DNA of 39,439 bases from positions 1 to 39,439 of the forward strand of contig CBFGJG010000014.1 in NCBI GenBank assembly GCA_965649055.1. The letters are read 5' to 3'. Shown here piece after piece: positions 18,839 to 29,485 of this stretch (its first letter is position 1; each line of letters starts with the position of its first letter). The position numbers were made by a program, and so were the translations under genes. The notes under the pieces are model-generated. The model had not been told where the DNA came from. It saw only the letters and a program-made list of their open reading frames with translations, and did not search any database. This stretch comes from a candidate division WOR-3 bacterium (GTDB taxonomy: Bacteria; Hydrothermota; UBA3072; B12-G15).

Positions 18839-21800
18839 TTAATATCTTATGGTTAATTTGAGCATTAAAGAACGTGAATCCATTGTATCTTTATATTTTA
18901 CCGTTCCCCAATTAGAGAATCTGTATTCTGCATTATATTCTACCTTCGCAGTTGGATAGAATTCTGTTCCTAATTGAAAATAAAGGTTTTTTGTTATGTA
19001 TTTACCCAAGGTTAATTTATAACTCTCATATTTCTCAATCTTTGCAACATCCATACCAAGAAGTTTTGAAACCTCTGATTGTAATCTACTTCTTGCCCAG
19101 AAATCAAAAGCCCTGAAAGCAGTGTTTGTGAATGTGTTATTAACAGATGATATATTTAACAGGTCCTGCCATGATATATTTAATCCAAGGACTAATATTA
19201 TTTCAGAAAGGTCTTTCGGAGGTTTTGAATATATACTGAATTCTGGTTTTTTCATACTTCCTGAAACACTCAAAATAATAGTATCGTTAGATCCTGCAAG
19301 ATGTGTTGCGAATATCTTAATATCAGGGTCTATATCACCCCTTTTTGAAAAAGTAAATTTACCATCTTCAATCTTGAATTCGGTAAACAAATATTTAAAA
19401 CTTCCCTGTAAAACCTTAAATTCACCTATTGCGGATGGTATACCCCAGTCGTAAAATATTTTTGCATTACCTGAGAATTCAATATCTGCATTTTCATTTT
19501 TAAGCCAAACATTTCCTTCATCAGCATAAACATTCATATTGATATACAATTTATTTAACTTATTTCCACTTTCCTTAAAATAAAAAGGCAGTGTTACAGT
19601 TGCCTCTTTGACATTAACATCGCCGAGTATTTTAACACCTTTTATATCATCAGCTAAATTTATTTTACAATCAAAACCTGCAGAATAATAATCATATGCA
19701 ATATAACCATTCTTAATGTTAAAATCAAGAGAATAGTTTTTATCCTTTATCCTGTAAAAACCATCAAAATTAAGATCTCCATTACCCAATTTACCTTTAA
19801 AATCTCTGAAATTTACTATATTGTTCTCGCAAATTACCTTTCCGTTTAAATTATAAACTGTTATTCCGGAATTTTTTTCAACAATATTTAAATTATTTAT
19901 ACTCATGTTACCAAAAACTTCAGGAGAGGAAGGCGTGCCTGAAAATTTTACCACACCTGAAACATCAGTATTTTCTGCTCTTACAAATTCTTTAAAAAGA
20001 ATAAATACCCAGTCCGATGCAGAACGGAGTTCAATATTACCAATGAAAAATTTATCTTTAAAATTATACTCACCCGAAATCTGTGAGCTTTTATTTCTCT
20101 CAAATATTTTCATTGACAATTCTGCTTTTTCTTTCGTCCCTGAAAGAAAAACTGTAATTGAGTCACCAAAATAATATTCCTCACCCACTTCTTTACCTTT
20201 AAGTGTTATAGTGTAAAAAGGATTTTCGAGTCTACCTGATATTGACATAACAATATCAATAAACCCGGATACTTCTCTGTCTAAAATATTTTTAATATCT
20301 CTTAGGTTTAAGTTCAAAACTGAAAGCCCACCTTCAATTTCACCATTTCTTTTTAAATTAAGATTTAATCCTGTTTTAAATTCACCACCATTTGAAAGAG
20401 AAAAACCTGAAAGATTGAGATTTCTATTTTGAAAAACGATTCTTGTTGGTGAGATGGAGAATATTGTATCAAATGATGTTTTTATATTAATCTTCTTTAT
20501 CTCCAGAATATTATTATTTTTAGAAATTTCTGTTTTCATAGTAAAATATTTTGATTTTATCAATCCTTTTGTTTCAAAATCCAAACGTTTGAAGAAACCT
20601 GTGAAATAAACATTTTCTATGTTTTTATTATAAATTTCAGCATCTGAAAAAAATATATCAAAATTTCCATTTAATCTTTTTATATCTTCAATTTCAAAAT
20701 TAACACCAGTGGATTTAAATGAAAAATTTCTTCCATTTATTCTCTCAAACCATAAAGAACCAGATGAATTATTCCCTTCAAAGGATATCTGGAAAGAAAC
20801 AACACCATCCTTTAAGAATTTACTAAAAAATGCCAGGTTATAAAAAGTCAGGTTATTACAATTTATGAATCCAGAAATGGAAGTATCACCAACAGAAAAT
20901 CTAATTTTTCCGTCTATCTTACCATTACTTGAATATATTTTCTCAAAATTAATGATTTTATCTTCATAATAGCCATTCAAGACAAGGGTATCTGAATATA
21001 AACCATAAAAAGTTCCCTTTAATGAAGAATTGAATTTAACCTTATCTCTTAAAATTGATAAAGTGATTCCACCGGAAAAAACTGTTTCTTTTATATTTTC
21101 AATCAAATTAGAAAGGTCAAATTTTTCAAAGTGAATCTTTAATTCCCTATTATCTTTTAATATTCCTTTAATTTCACCGGAGAAATTACTACTTCTAAAA
21201 TATATATTTTCATCTTTTACTCTGAAAGAGACATCTTTAATTTTATAATTTTTATAACTAATCGTGTTTATAAAACCATCACCCAATATTTTTTTATCCT
21301 TATAAATTAACTTAAAATTTATTTCACCATCTAAAGGTATATTTTTCAAATCGCTTAAAAACATTTTACCTGATATGGACAATGAATCAAGATTACCTCC
21401 AATTTCAAATTCAGAATTTTTAGATTTTACAGAATACAAATTTAATAAAATCTTATCACTGATTAATATATCCCCAAAAGCATCTTTTAAATCTATATAA
21501 TCTGTTAAGCAGGAAAATCTTTTTATTCTTAAAAGCATTTTTTTTTCATCAGATAAGAGGGAAAGTGTAGAATTTATATCAATAAATTGTTCATTAAATT
21601 TTAATCTTAAAGACTTAATTTTTATCTCGTTTATTTTCAGTGATGGAAATCTTATATCTGATTTTTCTCCATTTTTTTCAATTTTTAGAAATATTTCTGC
21701 ATCCTCAACACTTAAAAATCTTACCCTCTTTAATAAAAGTTCAAGTGGATAATATTTAATAATAATCCTCTCTGCAGTTCCAAAATCCTTTATTTTTAAT

Positions 21801-21985
21801 TCCTCAACATAAGATTCAAAAAGATCGATACTGATCTTTGAATAACTTGAACCTTCAGGTAATATGTTAGAAATGTAGTTTTCTAATTTCTGCTTTAAAA
21901 TAGAGCTTATCTTATTAAAAAATATTATAAAAAAGAGGATAATAATTAGTAAAAACGAAAAAGAGTACAGGAAAAATCTCTTCAT
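18839..21985 (-). CDS. tamB: Translocation/assembly module TamB (AsmA-like) protein
   Basis: N-terminal membrane anchor; long beta-taco-like repeats (ISGRLENP, FSGTPSSPEVFG); C-terminal DUF490-like SGSMKKPEF..YSKPP...LTLGKYITKNLY. Confidence 0.8.
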   Translation of the reverse strand: MKRFFLYSFSFLLIIILFFIIFFNKISSILKQKLENYISNILPEGSSYSKISIDLFESYVEELKIKDFGTAERIIIKYYPLELLLKRVRFLSVEDAEIFLKIEKNGEKSDIRFPSLKINEIKIKSLRLKFNEQFIDINSTLSLLSDEKKMLLRIKRFSCLTDYIDLKDAFGDILISDKILLNLYSVKSKNSEFEIGGNLDSLSISGKMFLSDLKNIPLDGEINFKLIYKDKKILGDGFINTISYKNYKIKDVSFRVKDENIYFRSSNFSGEIKGILKDNRELKIHFEKFDLSNLIENIKETVFSGGITLSILRDKVKFNSSLKGTFYGLYSDTLVLNGYYEDKIINFEKIYSSNGKIDGKIRFSVGDTSISGFINCNNLTFYNLAFFSKFLKDGVVSFQISFEGNNSSGSLWFERINGRNFSFKSTGVNFEIEDIKRLNGNFDIFFSDAEIYNKNIENVYFTGFFKRLDFETKGLIKSKYFTMKTEISKNNNILEIKKINIKTSFDTIFSISPTRIVFQNRNLNLSGFSLSNGGEFKTGLNLNLKRNGEIEGGLSVLNLNLRDIKNILDREVSGFIDIVMSISGRLENPFYTITLKGKEVGEEYYFGDSITVFLSGTKEKAELSMKIFERNKSSQISGEYNFKDKFFIGNIELRSASDWVFILFKEFVRAENTDVSGVVKFSGTPSSPEVFGNMSINNLNIVEKNSGITVYNLNGKVICENNIVNFRDFKGKLGNGDLNFDGFYRIKDKNYSLDFNIKNGYIAYDYYSAGFDCKINLADDIKGVKILGDVNVKEATVTLPFYFKESGNKLNKLYINMNVYADEGNVWLKNENADIEFSGNAKIFYDWGIPSAIGEFKVLQGSFKYLFTEFKIEDGKFTFSKRGDIDPDIKIFATHLAGSNDTIILSVSGSMKKPEFSIYSKPPKDLSEIILVLGLNISWQDLLNISSVNNTFTNTAFRAFDFWARSRLQSEVSKLLGMDVAKIEKYESYKLTLGKYITKNLYFQLGTEFYPTAKVEYNAEYRFSNWGTVKYKDTMDSRSLMLKLTIRY

Positions 21986-22434
21986 AGATTATCTACAATT
22001 CTATTTATAATGTCATTTATTTCATCTTTTTTTAATTTATCTCTTGAAAGACTAAACAATTTACTTAATTCATCTGTTATCCTTATTGTTTCAACCTTTA
22101 TCATCCCTATTTTTATGCTTTTGAAAATACAGGAAAAAATATAATCATCCATAAATATCTTAAAAAAAACCTTGTAAGTTTTCCCTTCTATTAATATCTC
22201 ACAGATATTCTCTTTTAAAAGGTTACCCATTTTTTCTATGGATGCTGCAATACCTGAAAGTATTGCAGAAAGCGAAAGTATGTTCAAATCCTTAAAAAAA
22301 CCATACTCATCAATTAGCTGCCCACTCTTGGTAGTTATAAAAGCACCATTCACCTTTGTCTTATCAATAAAATCTTTTAAGAGCTCCTGGGTTTTTTCTG
22401 AAGATATGGTTGATATAAATAATTTTTCTTGCAC
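21982..22434 (-). CDS. mglB: MglB-like Roadblock/LC7 protein
   Basis: GTG start; AFITTKSGQLI...LSLSAILSGIAASIEKMGNLLKE...IGMIKVE...TDELSKLF plus a C-terminal helix (DEINDIINRIVDNL) parallels Myxococcus MglB as recalled. Confidence 0.7.
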   Translation of the reverse strand: MQEKLFISTISSEKTQELLKDFIDKTKVNGAFITTKSGQLIDEYGFFKDLNILSLSAILSGIAASIEKMGNLLKENICEILIEGKTYKVFFKIFMDDYIFSCIFKSIKIGMIKVETIRITDELSKLFSLSRDKLKKDEINDIINRIVDNL

Positions 22435-22766
22435 TACAGCTGTCCCTCAATATATTTTGCTCCATTCTCCATCTCTACTTTTAAACTACCAACATTTGTA
22501 TCTGCGTCAGTTAAAGCAGAAAGTATGAAATTTTTTTTGGTAACAATAAAAATGTATCCATTTTCTCCTTTTATCATAAGAAAAACATTCTTCTTTATCT
22601 GAATCTTATCTGCAATTTCTGAAGCGATTTTGGCAGAAAGAGCCGAAACAAGTTCAGTATCGATGCCTTTTTGTGCAACTGATTTTATTACAACACCGTC
22701 AGGAGCAACAACATTTACACATAAGACCCCTTTTTCTTTTATTATGTTTTCAAGAACCTCATTCAT
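22434..22766 (-). CDS. Roadblock/LC7 domain protein
   Basis: KGVLCVNVVAPDGVVI...DTELVSALSA...IKGENGYIFIV...NVGSLKVEM. Confidence 0.85.
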   Translation of the reverse strand: MNEVLENIIKEKGVLCVNVVAPDGVVIKSVAQKGIDTELVSALSAKIASEIADKIQIKKNVFLMIKGENGYIFIVTKKNFILSALTDADTNVGSLKVEMENGAKYIEGQL

Positions 22767-22767
22767 A

Positions 22768-23529
22768 TCACAACCCCAGATTGACTTTTAATTTTTCAAA
22801 TGTTTCTTTGCCTTCAAGCATTAACATCCCGAGTTCCGCATTTTTGCTTGCTAATATAACAAAAATTACCGGTTTACTATAAAGTGCAAGCAGTCTTCCT
22901 TTGGGAAAATCAAAGAACATATATTCAAATAAACCCAGTTTAATCTTTTTAATAACATAGTCAATATCTGAATATACTGATGCAATCATTGCAGCCGTCG
23001 ATTCAACATCAACATATATCTTTAACTCCTCAGCAATAAGAATACCTGTTTCGTCTATAAGAATCGTTCCCATTATATCATCATTTTTATCACACATTTG
23101 TTTAAGTATAGCTTTTAAAGGAAGAATTCCTTTTTCTTCTTCTTTTACTTCTAATTTTTCTTCAGGTATTGTTTCTTCTTTTTCTGTAACTTCTATTTTT
23201 TTATCAGCTATTTCAACACTTATATCCTTTTCAACCTCTGGAATTAAACTAATCTTTGATGTTAACTTATCTTCTAATTCCTTTATTTCTTGATTTTCAG
23301 GGTCAATCCTCTTCCCTTTTTCTAAGATTTTTTTTGCATTGTCTTCATCTCCTTTCATCAAATATGCCTCTATAAGCTTTATATAGACTTTAATATATTC
23401 CTTTGTTTCACCTAATATTGAATTTAAAACTTCTATTGCCTGATCTATAAGATTGTTCTGGATATAAAAATCAGCAAGCATTATAATCATATCAACAGAT
23501 TTAGGAGAGCTCTTCAGTTTTTCATCCAA
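22768..23529 (-). CDS. TPR + Roadblock/LC7 fusion protein
   Basis: TTG at 23529 follows a strong GGAGGGGG RBS (the ORF track's 23562 start is likely too long). N-terminal TPRs (IDPENQEI), acidic linker, C-terminal GTILIDETGILIAE...ESTAAMIAS...AELGMLMLE roadblock. Confidence 0.8.
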   Translation of the reverse strand: MDEKLKSSPKSVDMIIMLADFYIQNNLIDQAIEVLNSILGETKEYIKVYIKLIEAYLMKGDEDNAKKILEKGKRIDPENQEIKELEDKLTSKISLIPEVEKDISVEIADKKIEVTEKEETIPEEKLEVKEEEKGILPLKAILKQMCDKNDDIMGTILIDETGILIAEELKIYVDVESTAAMIASVYSDIDYVIKKIKLGLFEYMFFDFPKGRLLALYSKPVIFVILASKNAELGMLMLEGKETFEKLKVNLGL

Positions 23530-24496
23530 TTTCCCCCTCCAGTTTAACAATTTCTTCAACAAGATTTTTTAAACCTGAAACCATTTCTTCGACTTCCCTT
23601 GTTGCGAGTTTATTCCTCGAAATTTTCAGGAATTTATCGAAAAACTCTAAACATTTTTTAAAATCAAGAATTTTTAAATTAAAATATCCAAGATTATAGA
23701 ATAAAGTAGGTTCATCCGGATATTTTTGCAATAATTCTTCCATATATTTGATTCCTTCTTCAAATTTCTTCTCCTTCCATAAATTATCTATATTAATTAT
23801 TTCTTCTTCTTTCAGCCTTTCCTTTCTCCTCTCTTCCTCTGTTATTTTTAAAAGTCCACTCATATAAAGCCCGTACAATGCCTTAATAGTCTTAAATTCA
23901 TTCCCTTTAATTTTAACAATATCCTTAATGGATCTTTTCCCATCTATCATGGATAATATTTCCCATTCTTCGCTTGTAAGACTTATATAGTCTTTTTTTA
24001 CAATTTCATCAGATATTGAAAATATTGTGGACTCGGGTGGGAGTGCAGATAACAATCTTTCAGTCTCGTCAATTCTTCTTGCACCTTCCATTATGAGATT
24101 TTCAATCCTCATATTCAATTCGAGTTCCTTTAATGGTTTTTTTTCTGTTTCTTCAAAATTAAAAAAACCATCTTTTAACTTTAACAGCGAGAAAATTTCA
24201 TTTTCAACTATTGATTTTAATACAGAAGATACCTCTTTTATATCAACCATGTTCCCGGTTATTAACTCTTCTATATCTTCTCTGTCATTTATTGAGTTTA
24301 TTATTCCCCTTTTCTGTAATTCCTGAATCATCTTTTTCCCCATATCAAGATAAATAAGGAAGCCTTCTCTAAAATAAAGTATGTATTGTAAACCATCTGA
24401 AGTAATAATTCTAAGCTGTCCGGTCTTTTTTGAAAATGAGATTAGCTGAAAAAGCTCAAAAAGACTGAGTTCTTTTATTGGTCCTTCAATTGCCAT
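23522..24496 (-). CDS. DUF4388 (PatA-N-like) domain protein with C-terminal TPR
   Basis: MAIEGPIKELSLFELFQLISFSKKTGQL; GFFNFE; IENLIMEGARRIDE; LTSEEWEILSMIDGKRSI; C-terminal YPDEPTLFYNLG. Confidence 0.88.
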   Translation of the reverse strand: MAIEGPIKELSLFELFQLISFSKKTGQLRIITSDGLQYILYFREGFLIYLDMGKKMIQELQKRGIINSINDREDIEELITGNMVDIKEVSSVLKSIVENEIFSLLKLKDGFFNFEETEKKPLKELELNMRIENLIMEGARRIDETERLLSALPPESTIFSISDEIVKKDYISLTSEEWEILSMIDGKRSIKDIVKIKGNEFKTIKALYGLYMSGLLKITEEERRKERLKEEEIINIDNLWKEKKFEEGIKYMEELLQKYPDEPTLFYNLGYFNLKILDFKKCLEFFDKFLKISRNKLATREVEEMVSGLKNLVEEIVKLEGEIG

Positions 24497-27121
24497 TTAA
24501 ACCTCTTTCGACAAATCAAGCAATTTCTTTGCTGCGTTTATAGCATCCTGTGCTTCTTTACTTTCTTCTGTGTCAGGCCATTTTTTTATTATTTCCTGCC
24601 ATATATTTATGGCCCTTTCAAATTTCCCTAGTCTTGAAAGAACTGATGCAAGCAGTTTGTAAGCATTTACGTTTTTTTCATCAAGACTTATTGCATATTC
24701 GAGTGAGCTAATAGCTTTTGATTCCTGATTCATCTTATAATATATCATACCTTCAAGTAAGTAAATATCGCTATCACCGAAAGAAATTTTTTTCAAAAAT
24801 TCCAGTGTTTTCAATGCACTTTCAAACTCAAACAATTTAAATTGAACCTTAACCATCAATTTAAGATAATCAGGATTTTTCTCGTCCATCTTTATAATAC
24901 TTTCAAGAAGGTTTTTGCTATCAAAATAATTATTTTCTGAATAATAAATCTTTGAAAGAATAAACATCGCTTCCTTGTCTTCGACTCTCTGAACAACATC
25001 TTTAAGGATTTCTTTTGCTTTCTCAATTTTACCTGCATTTGCAAGCAGTTTACCATACCTTGTTAATATCTCATCCTTTTTAGAAATACCAACTATCTTC
25101 TCAAGTGTCTCAATTGCACCTTCAATCTCTCCCTGTCTTTCCTGCAGTTCTGAATACAGTATAAGCCCTTCAATATCTTCCGGGTTTCTTTCAAGAAGTA
25201 ATTCTATCCTCATTCTTGCAAAGAAGTAATCACCATTTTCCATAAAAACTTTTATAAGTTCTTTTAATGCCTCTTCATCATCCTGAATATTTTTTAATAG
25301 ATCAATTGCTTCTCCATATAATTTTTTCTTTCTGTAAATTTTTGCAAGTAATATTGTCGCCTTTTTGTTCTCAGGTTGATGTCTTATTACTTCCTGTAGT
25401 TTTTCAGTTGCTTTATCAAAATTCCCAATTTCGTAAAGATTTTCAGCCTGTCTTTGTATCTCGGCCAAATCTTCTTTTATTTCTTCTTTGGTGAATAAAT
25501 CTTCAAAAAGATTCTCTTCTTCAACGACCGGTTCTCCTGTCTTCTCTATTTCCATCTCATGGGTTAATTCTCTTGCGATAAGAACATCAAGTTTATCAGA
25601 ATAAACATCAATTCCGAGTTTAAATCTATTACTCGTGTAATAAGGATTTATTTCAAGTGCTTTTTTTGTAAACAGTAATGCTTCCTCAAACTTTCCTATT
25701 CTTGAGTAAGCGAAACCTAAATTGTAATATGCTTCTGAATATTGTGGATCATTTTTCAATGCAGATTTGAAACAATGTATTGCATCATCAAATCTTGAAG
25801 TGTTAAGATAAAGAAGTCCTAAATAATTGAATGCAATCGGATAGTTATCCTTAAGTTCAAGTGCCTTTTTGAAATATGATTCAGCTTTCTCATAATCTGC
25901 TTCCTGTAAAAAAATAAGCCCCATATTCAGATAGGCATCTGCATATTCGGGGTCAATTGAAATAGCTTTCAAAAAATATTCTTTACCTTTATCTTTTTCA
26001 CCTAAATGATAATGGACAATACCAAGATTATTGTATGCTACAACATATGTTGGGTCTATCTCTATTGCCTTCAAATACCATGACATTGCCTCTTTAAGTC
26101 TACCAAGCCTATGACATGCAACACCAATATCATTAGGAATTTTGGGAGAACTTTTATCTCTATTAAGTGCTTCGGAATATTCAATTATTGCCTTCTCATT
26201 ATCATTTTTTAAAAGATATATTTCACCTATATTTTTTTTCACTATTACGTTATCCGGTTCTGCTTCAAGTGCTGTGATAAATTCTTTTAAAGCCTCATTG
26301 AACAATCCTTTATTTCTGAAAACCATTCCCATTGTGTAATGGGAAAGGAATTTATTATCGGGTCTGGTAACATCCGTTTCAGCAAGAAATTCTTTATAAC
26401 CGTTGTGTCTATAAAAATCAAGTCCTAAACTTGGTTGCGTATTTGCAAGGGCTGGATTAAGTTTAACAGCTATCTTTGTTTCTTCTTTTGCCTTCTCATA
26501 ATCACCTTTTTCTCCATAAACAAATGCAAGAAGAAAATGTAATTCTGCATTATTAGGATTTATTGCTATTGCGGATTTAAATTCATTAATTGATTTATCA
26601 AGTAAACCAAGATTATAGTAAACCTCACCAAGATGTCTGTATATTTCAGGAGAATTCTCAATTTTTTTCAGTCTTTTGAATATCTCAGCTGCATCATCAT
26701 AGAAACCTATTGCCTTTAGTGTAATACCATAATTTTTCAATATTTCTACATCATCAGGTTTTATATTGAGATAGGATTTAAAATGTTTTAATGCCTTAAA
26801 AAACTGTCCGGTATTTTTATATGCAATAGCAAGCCTCTTAATAATTTCAGTATTCTGTGGTGAAAGTTCAAGTTCCTGTTCAAGGCTTCCAATATCCTTA
26901 TCTATGTATCCCAATTTCTGATAAATAAAATCAAGGTTATTTTTTGCAAGTGTAAAATGTGGATCTATCTCAAGCGCTTTTTTCAGTTCATCTATGGCTT
27001 CCTGATAAAGACCTTTATTGTAATAAACCACTGCAAGATTATTATGTGCTGAAGGGTCTTTCTGATCTATTTTACTCGCAAAAAGTTTGAGTATCTCCTT
27101 TTCCTTTTCGCTTATATTCAT
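24497..27121 (-). CDS. Large cytoplasmic tetratricopeptide-repeat protein (about 20 TPRs)
   Basis: Repeated AHNNLAVVYY/AYNNLGIV/AYYNLGFAY...ALEIDP motifs; no signal peptide; acidic linker near aa 520-555. Confidence 0.9.
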   Translation of the reverse strand: MNISEKEKEILKLFASKIDQKDPSAHNNLAVVYYNKGLYQEAIDELKKALEIDPHFTLAKNNLDFIYQKLGYIDKDIGSLEQELELSPQNTEIIKRLAIAYKNTGQFFKALKHFKSYLNIKPDDVEILKNYGITLKAIGFYDDAAEIFKRLKKIENSPEIYRHLGEVYYNLGLLDKSINEFKSAIAINPNNAELHFLLAFVYGEKGDYEKAKEETKIAVKLNPALANTQPSLGLDFYRHNGYKEFLAETDVTRPDNKFLSHYTMGMVFRNKGLFNEALKEFITALEAEPDNVIVKKNIGEIYLLKNDNEKAIIEYSEALNRDKSSPKIPNDIGVACHRLGRLKEAMSWYLKAIEIDPTYVVAYNNLGIVHYHLGEKDKGKEYFLKAISIDPEYADAYLNMGLIFLQEADYEKAESYFKKALELKDNYPIAFNYLGLLYLNTSRFDDAIHCFKSALKNDPQYSEAYYNLGFAYSRIGKFEEALLFTKKALEINPYYTSNRFKLGIDVYSDKLDVLIARELTHEMEIEKTGEPVVEEENLFEDLFTKEEIKEDLAEIQRQAENLYEIGNFDKATEKLQEVIRHQPENKKATILLAKIYRKKKLYGEAIDLLKNIQDDEEALKELIKVFMENGDYFFARMRIELLLERNPEDIEGLILYSELQERQGEIEGAIETLEKIVGISKKDEILTRYGKLLANAGKIEKAKEILKDVVQRVEDKEAMFILSKIYYSENNYFDSKNLLESIIKMDEKNPDYLKLMVKVQFKLFEFESALKTLEFLKKISFGDSDIYLLEGMIYYKMNQESKAISSLEYAISLDEKNVNAYKLLASVLSRLGKFERAINIWQEIIKKWPDTEESKEAQDAINAAKKLLDLSKEV

Positions 27122-27738
27122 TATATCAGCCCCATAGCTTTAAGAATCTTATCAAGTCCGATTGGGTCAGGGATCATAAGTAATATCCCTTCAAGTTCCA
27201 CATCCTGTTCAGCAAAATAAAAACTTGTTTCAACGCATATTGCAAGCTCTTTCTCAGCTGTAAAGTCGGTGTAAACAGTTGTTAGCACAGATGCAAGATT
27301 ATCAAGAACAAAAGCAGGAACAGAAGGAAGAACCATAATCCCGAGAAATTCAGATATAGCACTGAGGTAAGAACTTGAAACTATATTAGCAAGTTCCTTG
27401 ATTGAAGAAATTTCCATCTCCCCAAACTCAGTAGTAGTTCCAAAAGGCTTTCCAAAAAGAATATCAAGTAAAAGTTTTGATTTTTCCTCTGAAAAAACAA
27501 GAAGATTCCTTCCTGTAAAATCACCAAAGAAATTTGTAAGTATAGCCGAAACGATTGGTGGTTCCTCACCAAAAATATAGGGAACATCTTCAAGTTTCAT
27601 CACTTTAACTTCCGGGACTTTTACCATTATACTTTTTCCCATCATTTGAGAAAGTGCTGATGCAGCATGACCGCTTCCAATATTTGCAGCTTCTTTTATA
27701 CCATCAAGATGTAAATTGTTCAGTTCATCCAGTCTCAT
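27121..27738 (-). CDS. cheC: Chemotaxis phosphatase CheC
   Basis: Two ExxN sites: KEAANIGSGHAASALSQM and KELANIVSSSYLSAISEF; PSVP motif. Confidence 0.93.
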   Translation of the reverse strand: MRLDELNNLHLDGIKEAANIGSGHAASALSQMMGKSIMVKVPEVKVMKLEDVPYIFGEEPPIVSAILTNFFGDFTGRNLLVFSEEKSKLLLDILFGKPFGTTTEFGEMEISSIKELANIVSSSYLSAISEFLGIMVLPSVPAFVLDNLASVLTTVYTDFTAEKELAICVETSFYFAEQDVELEGILLMIPDPIGLDKILKAMGLI

Positions 27739-27746
27739 TTTTCCTC

Positions 27747-29480
27747 CTAACCTATTATGCTTGGTATATCAAGTATCAAACATGGGTTTCCATCACCTAT
27801 TATAGTAACACCGCTATATTCCCTCATAGTTCTTATAGCATAAGGAAGATGTTTTACAACTATCTCCATTGACTCTCCAAGTTCATCAACGGTCAAAATA
27901 TATTTTTCACCTTCAATATTTATAATTAATGCAGGCATACTTTCATCATACTCTTCTTCTTTTAATTTTAAAACAGAAGCCAGAGAATAAATAGGAATAA
28001 TCTCATCCCTTAACAAGGTAATTGGTTTTCCAAGTAGATAAGAAAATTGCTTCTTTGAAAGATTTATTGTCTCGAGAAGAAATGTCATAGGTATGGCAAA
28101 ACTATGTTCGAGAATATTAACAATATAAGATTTAATAATAGCCATTGTAAGAGGGACAAAAAGATTAACTGTTGTTCCCTCTCCAAACTTACTATGTATT
28201 TCAACATTACCACCTATTTTTCTCATAACATCACGAACTACATCAAGCCCAACACCTCTACCTGAGACAGTGCTGAGATTATCTTTCGTCGAGAAACCAG
28301 AAAGGAAAAGCAAAGAAACAAGGTCTTTCTCTGACATCTTATTTGCCTCTTCATCGTTAGCACAATAACCTAATTCTACCGCTTTTCTTCTAACCTTTGA
28401 AAAATCTATACCTCTGCCATCATCCGAGACTGTTATTTTTATTACTCCTTTTTCCCTCGAAGCATTGATAGTTATCTTTGCTGTTTCAGGTTTTCCTTTT
28501 CTGATTCTTTCTTCCACTGATTCAATACCATGATCAACAGAATTTCTTATTATATGAATAATAGGGTCGGAGATACTTTCGATTAAAGACCTGTCAAGTT
28601 CAATATCACTTCCTGTTATCTCAAGGTCAACAGATTTACCCATTTCTTTTGCTAAATCCCTAACATACCTTGGGAATCTGTCAAATATATGTGAAAGTGG
28701 GACCATCCTTATTTTCATCACCACATCCTGCAATGAAGAGATAAATCTGTTGTGTGTTTCTAAGACCTGTGAAAGCATTTCGTTCTTTGTTTCTTTTGCA
28801 ATATTTATAAGCCTTTCTTTAGAAATAACAAGTTCTGCTACAATATTCTGGAGATTATCAAGGTCTTCTATACCTATCCTTAATTCTTTTAATTTCTTTA
28901 TTTCCTTTTCTTCTTCAATTTTTTCTTCCTCTATCTCCTCTATACTTTCTATTTCTGAAAACTCGGATTTTACTTTCTTTATATTTGATACATCGGATAC
29001 ATTAATAATAAATTCAAAATAATCTTTCCCTTCTTTAATCTCTTTCATAGTGGGTGATACAGGATTCACTTCTGCAAGCATTTTCATCCTGTTTAATATC
29101 ATAAAGAATCTTGCTGTTGGAAGCATTGTGTCTTTTTTTAATACAACCTTCACATTTTTTTTATCCATTCCGATAAAAGATTCTATCTTATCAATTGACC
29201 TGATTATTTCACTTATAATATCATCTGTTATCTCTGTTTTTCCTTCTTTTACATCCTGTAAAATATTTTCAATCCTGTGTGAGATTGTAACAATATCTTC
29301 ATATCCCATTGTTGCAGCCATACCTTTTATTGTATGAAAAATTCTGAATATTTCTTCTATGGTCTTGCTATCATGTTTCTTTTCAAATTCGGGAATTATC
29401 AGATTTAGTTTATCTATATAAGAGTTAACTTCGCTAATAAATAGTTTCTTATATTTCTCAAATTGTCCGTTTTGATACAT
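27747..29480 (-). CDS. cheA: Chemotaxis histidine kinase CheA
   Basis: Hpt IFRIFHTIKGMAATMG; compact Firmicutes/Thermotoga-type P2; RMVPL, HIIRNSVDHGIE, DDGRG, GFST, SGRGVGLDVV; CheW-like P5. Confidence 0.96.
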   Translation of the reverse strand: MYQNGQFEKYKKLFISEVNSYIDKLNLIIPEFEKKHDSKTIEEIFRIFHTIKGMAATMGYEDIVTISHRIENILQDVKEGKTEITDDIISEIIRSIDKIESFIGMDKKNVKVVLKKDTMLPTARFFMILNRMKMLAEVNPVSPTMKEIKEGKDYFEFIINVSDVSNIKKVKSEFSEIESIEEIEEEKIEEEKEIKKLKELRIGIEDLDNLQNIVAELVISKERLINIAKETKNEMLSQVLETHNRFISSLQDVVMKIRMVPLSHIFDRFPRYVRDLAKEMGKSVDLEITGSDIELDRSLIESISDPIIHIIRNSVDHGIESVEERIRKGKPETAKITINASREKGVIKITVSDDGRGIDFSKVRRKAVELGYCANDEEANKMSEKDLVSLLFLSGFSTKDNLSTVSGRGVGLDVVRDVMRKIGGNVEIHSKFGEGTTVNLFVPLTMAIIKSYIVNILEHSFAIPMTFLLETINLSKKQFSYLLGKPITLLRDEIIPIYSLASVLKLKEEEYDESMPALIINIEGEKYILTVDELGESMEIVVKHLPYAIRTMREYSGVTIIGDGNPCLILDIPSIIG

Positions 29481-29485
29481 ATTGC

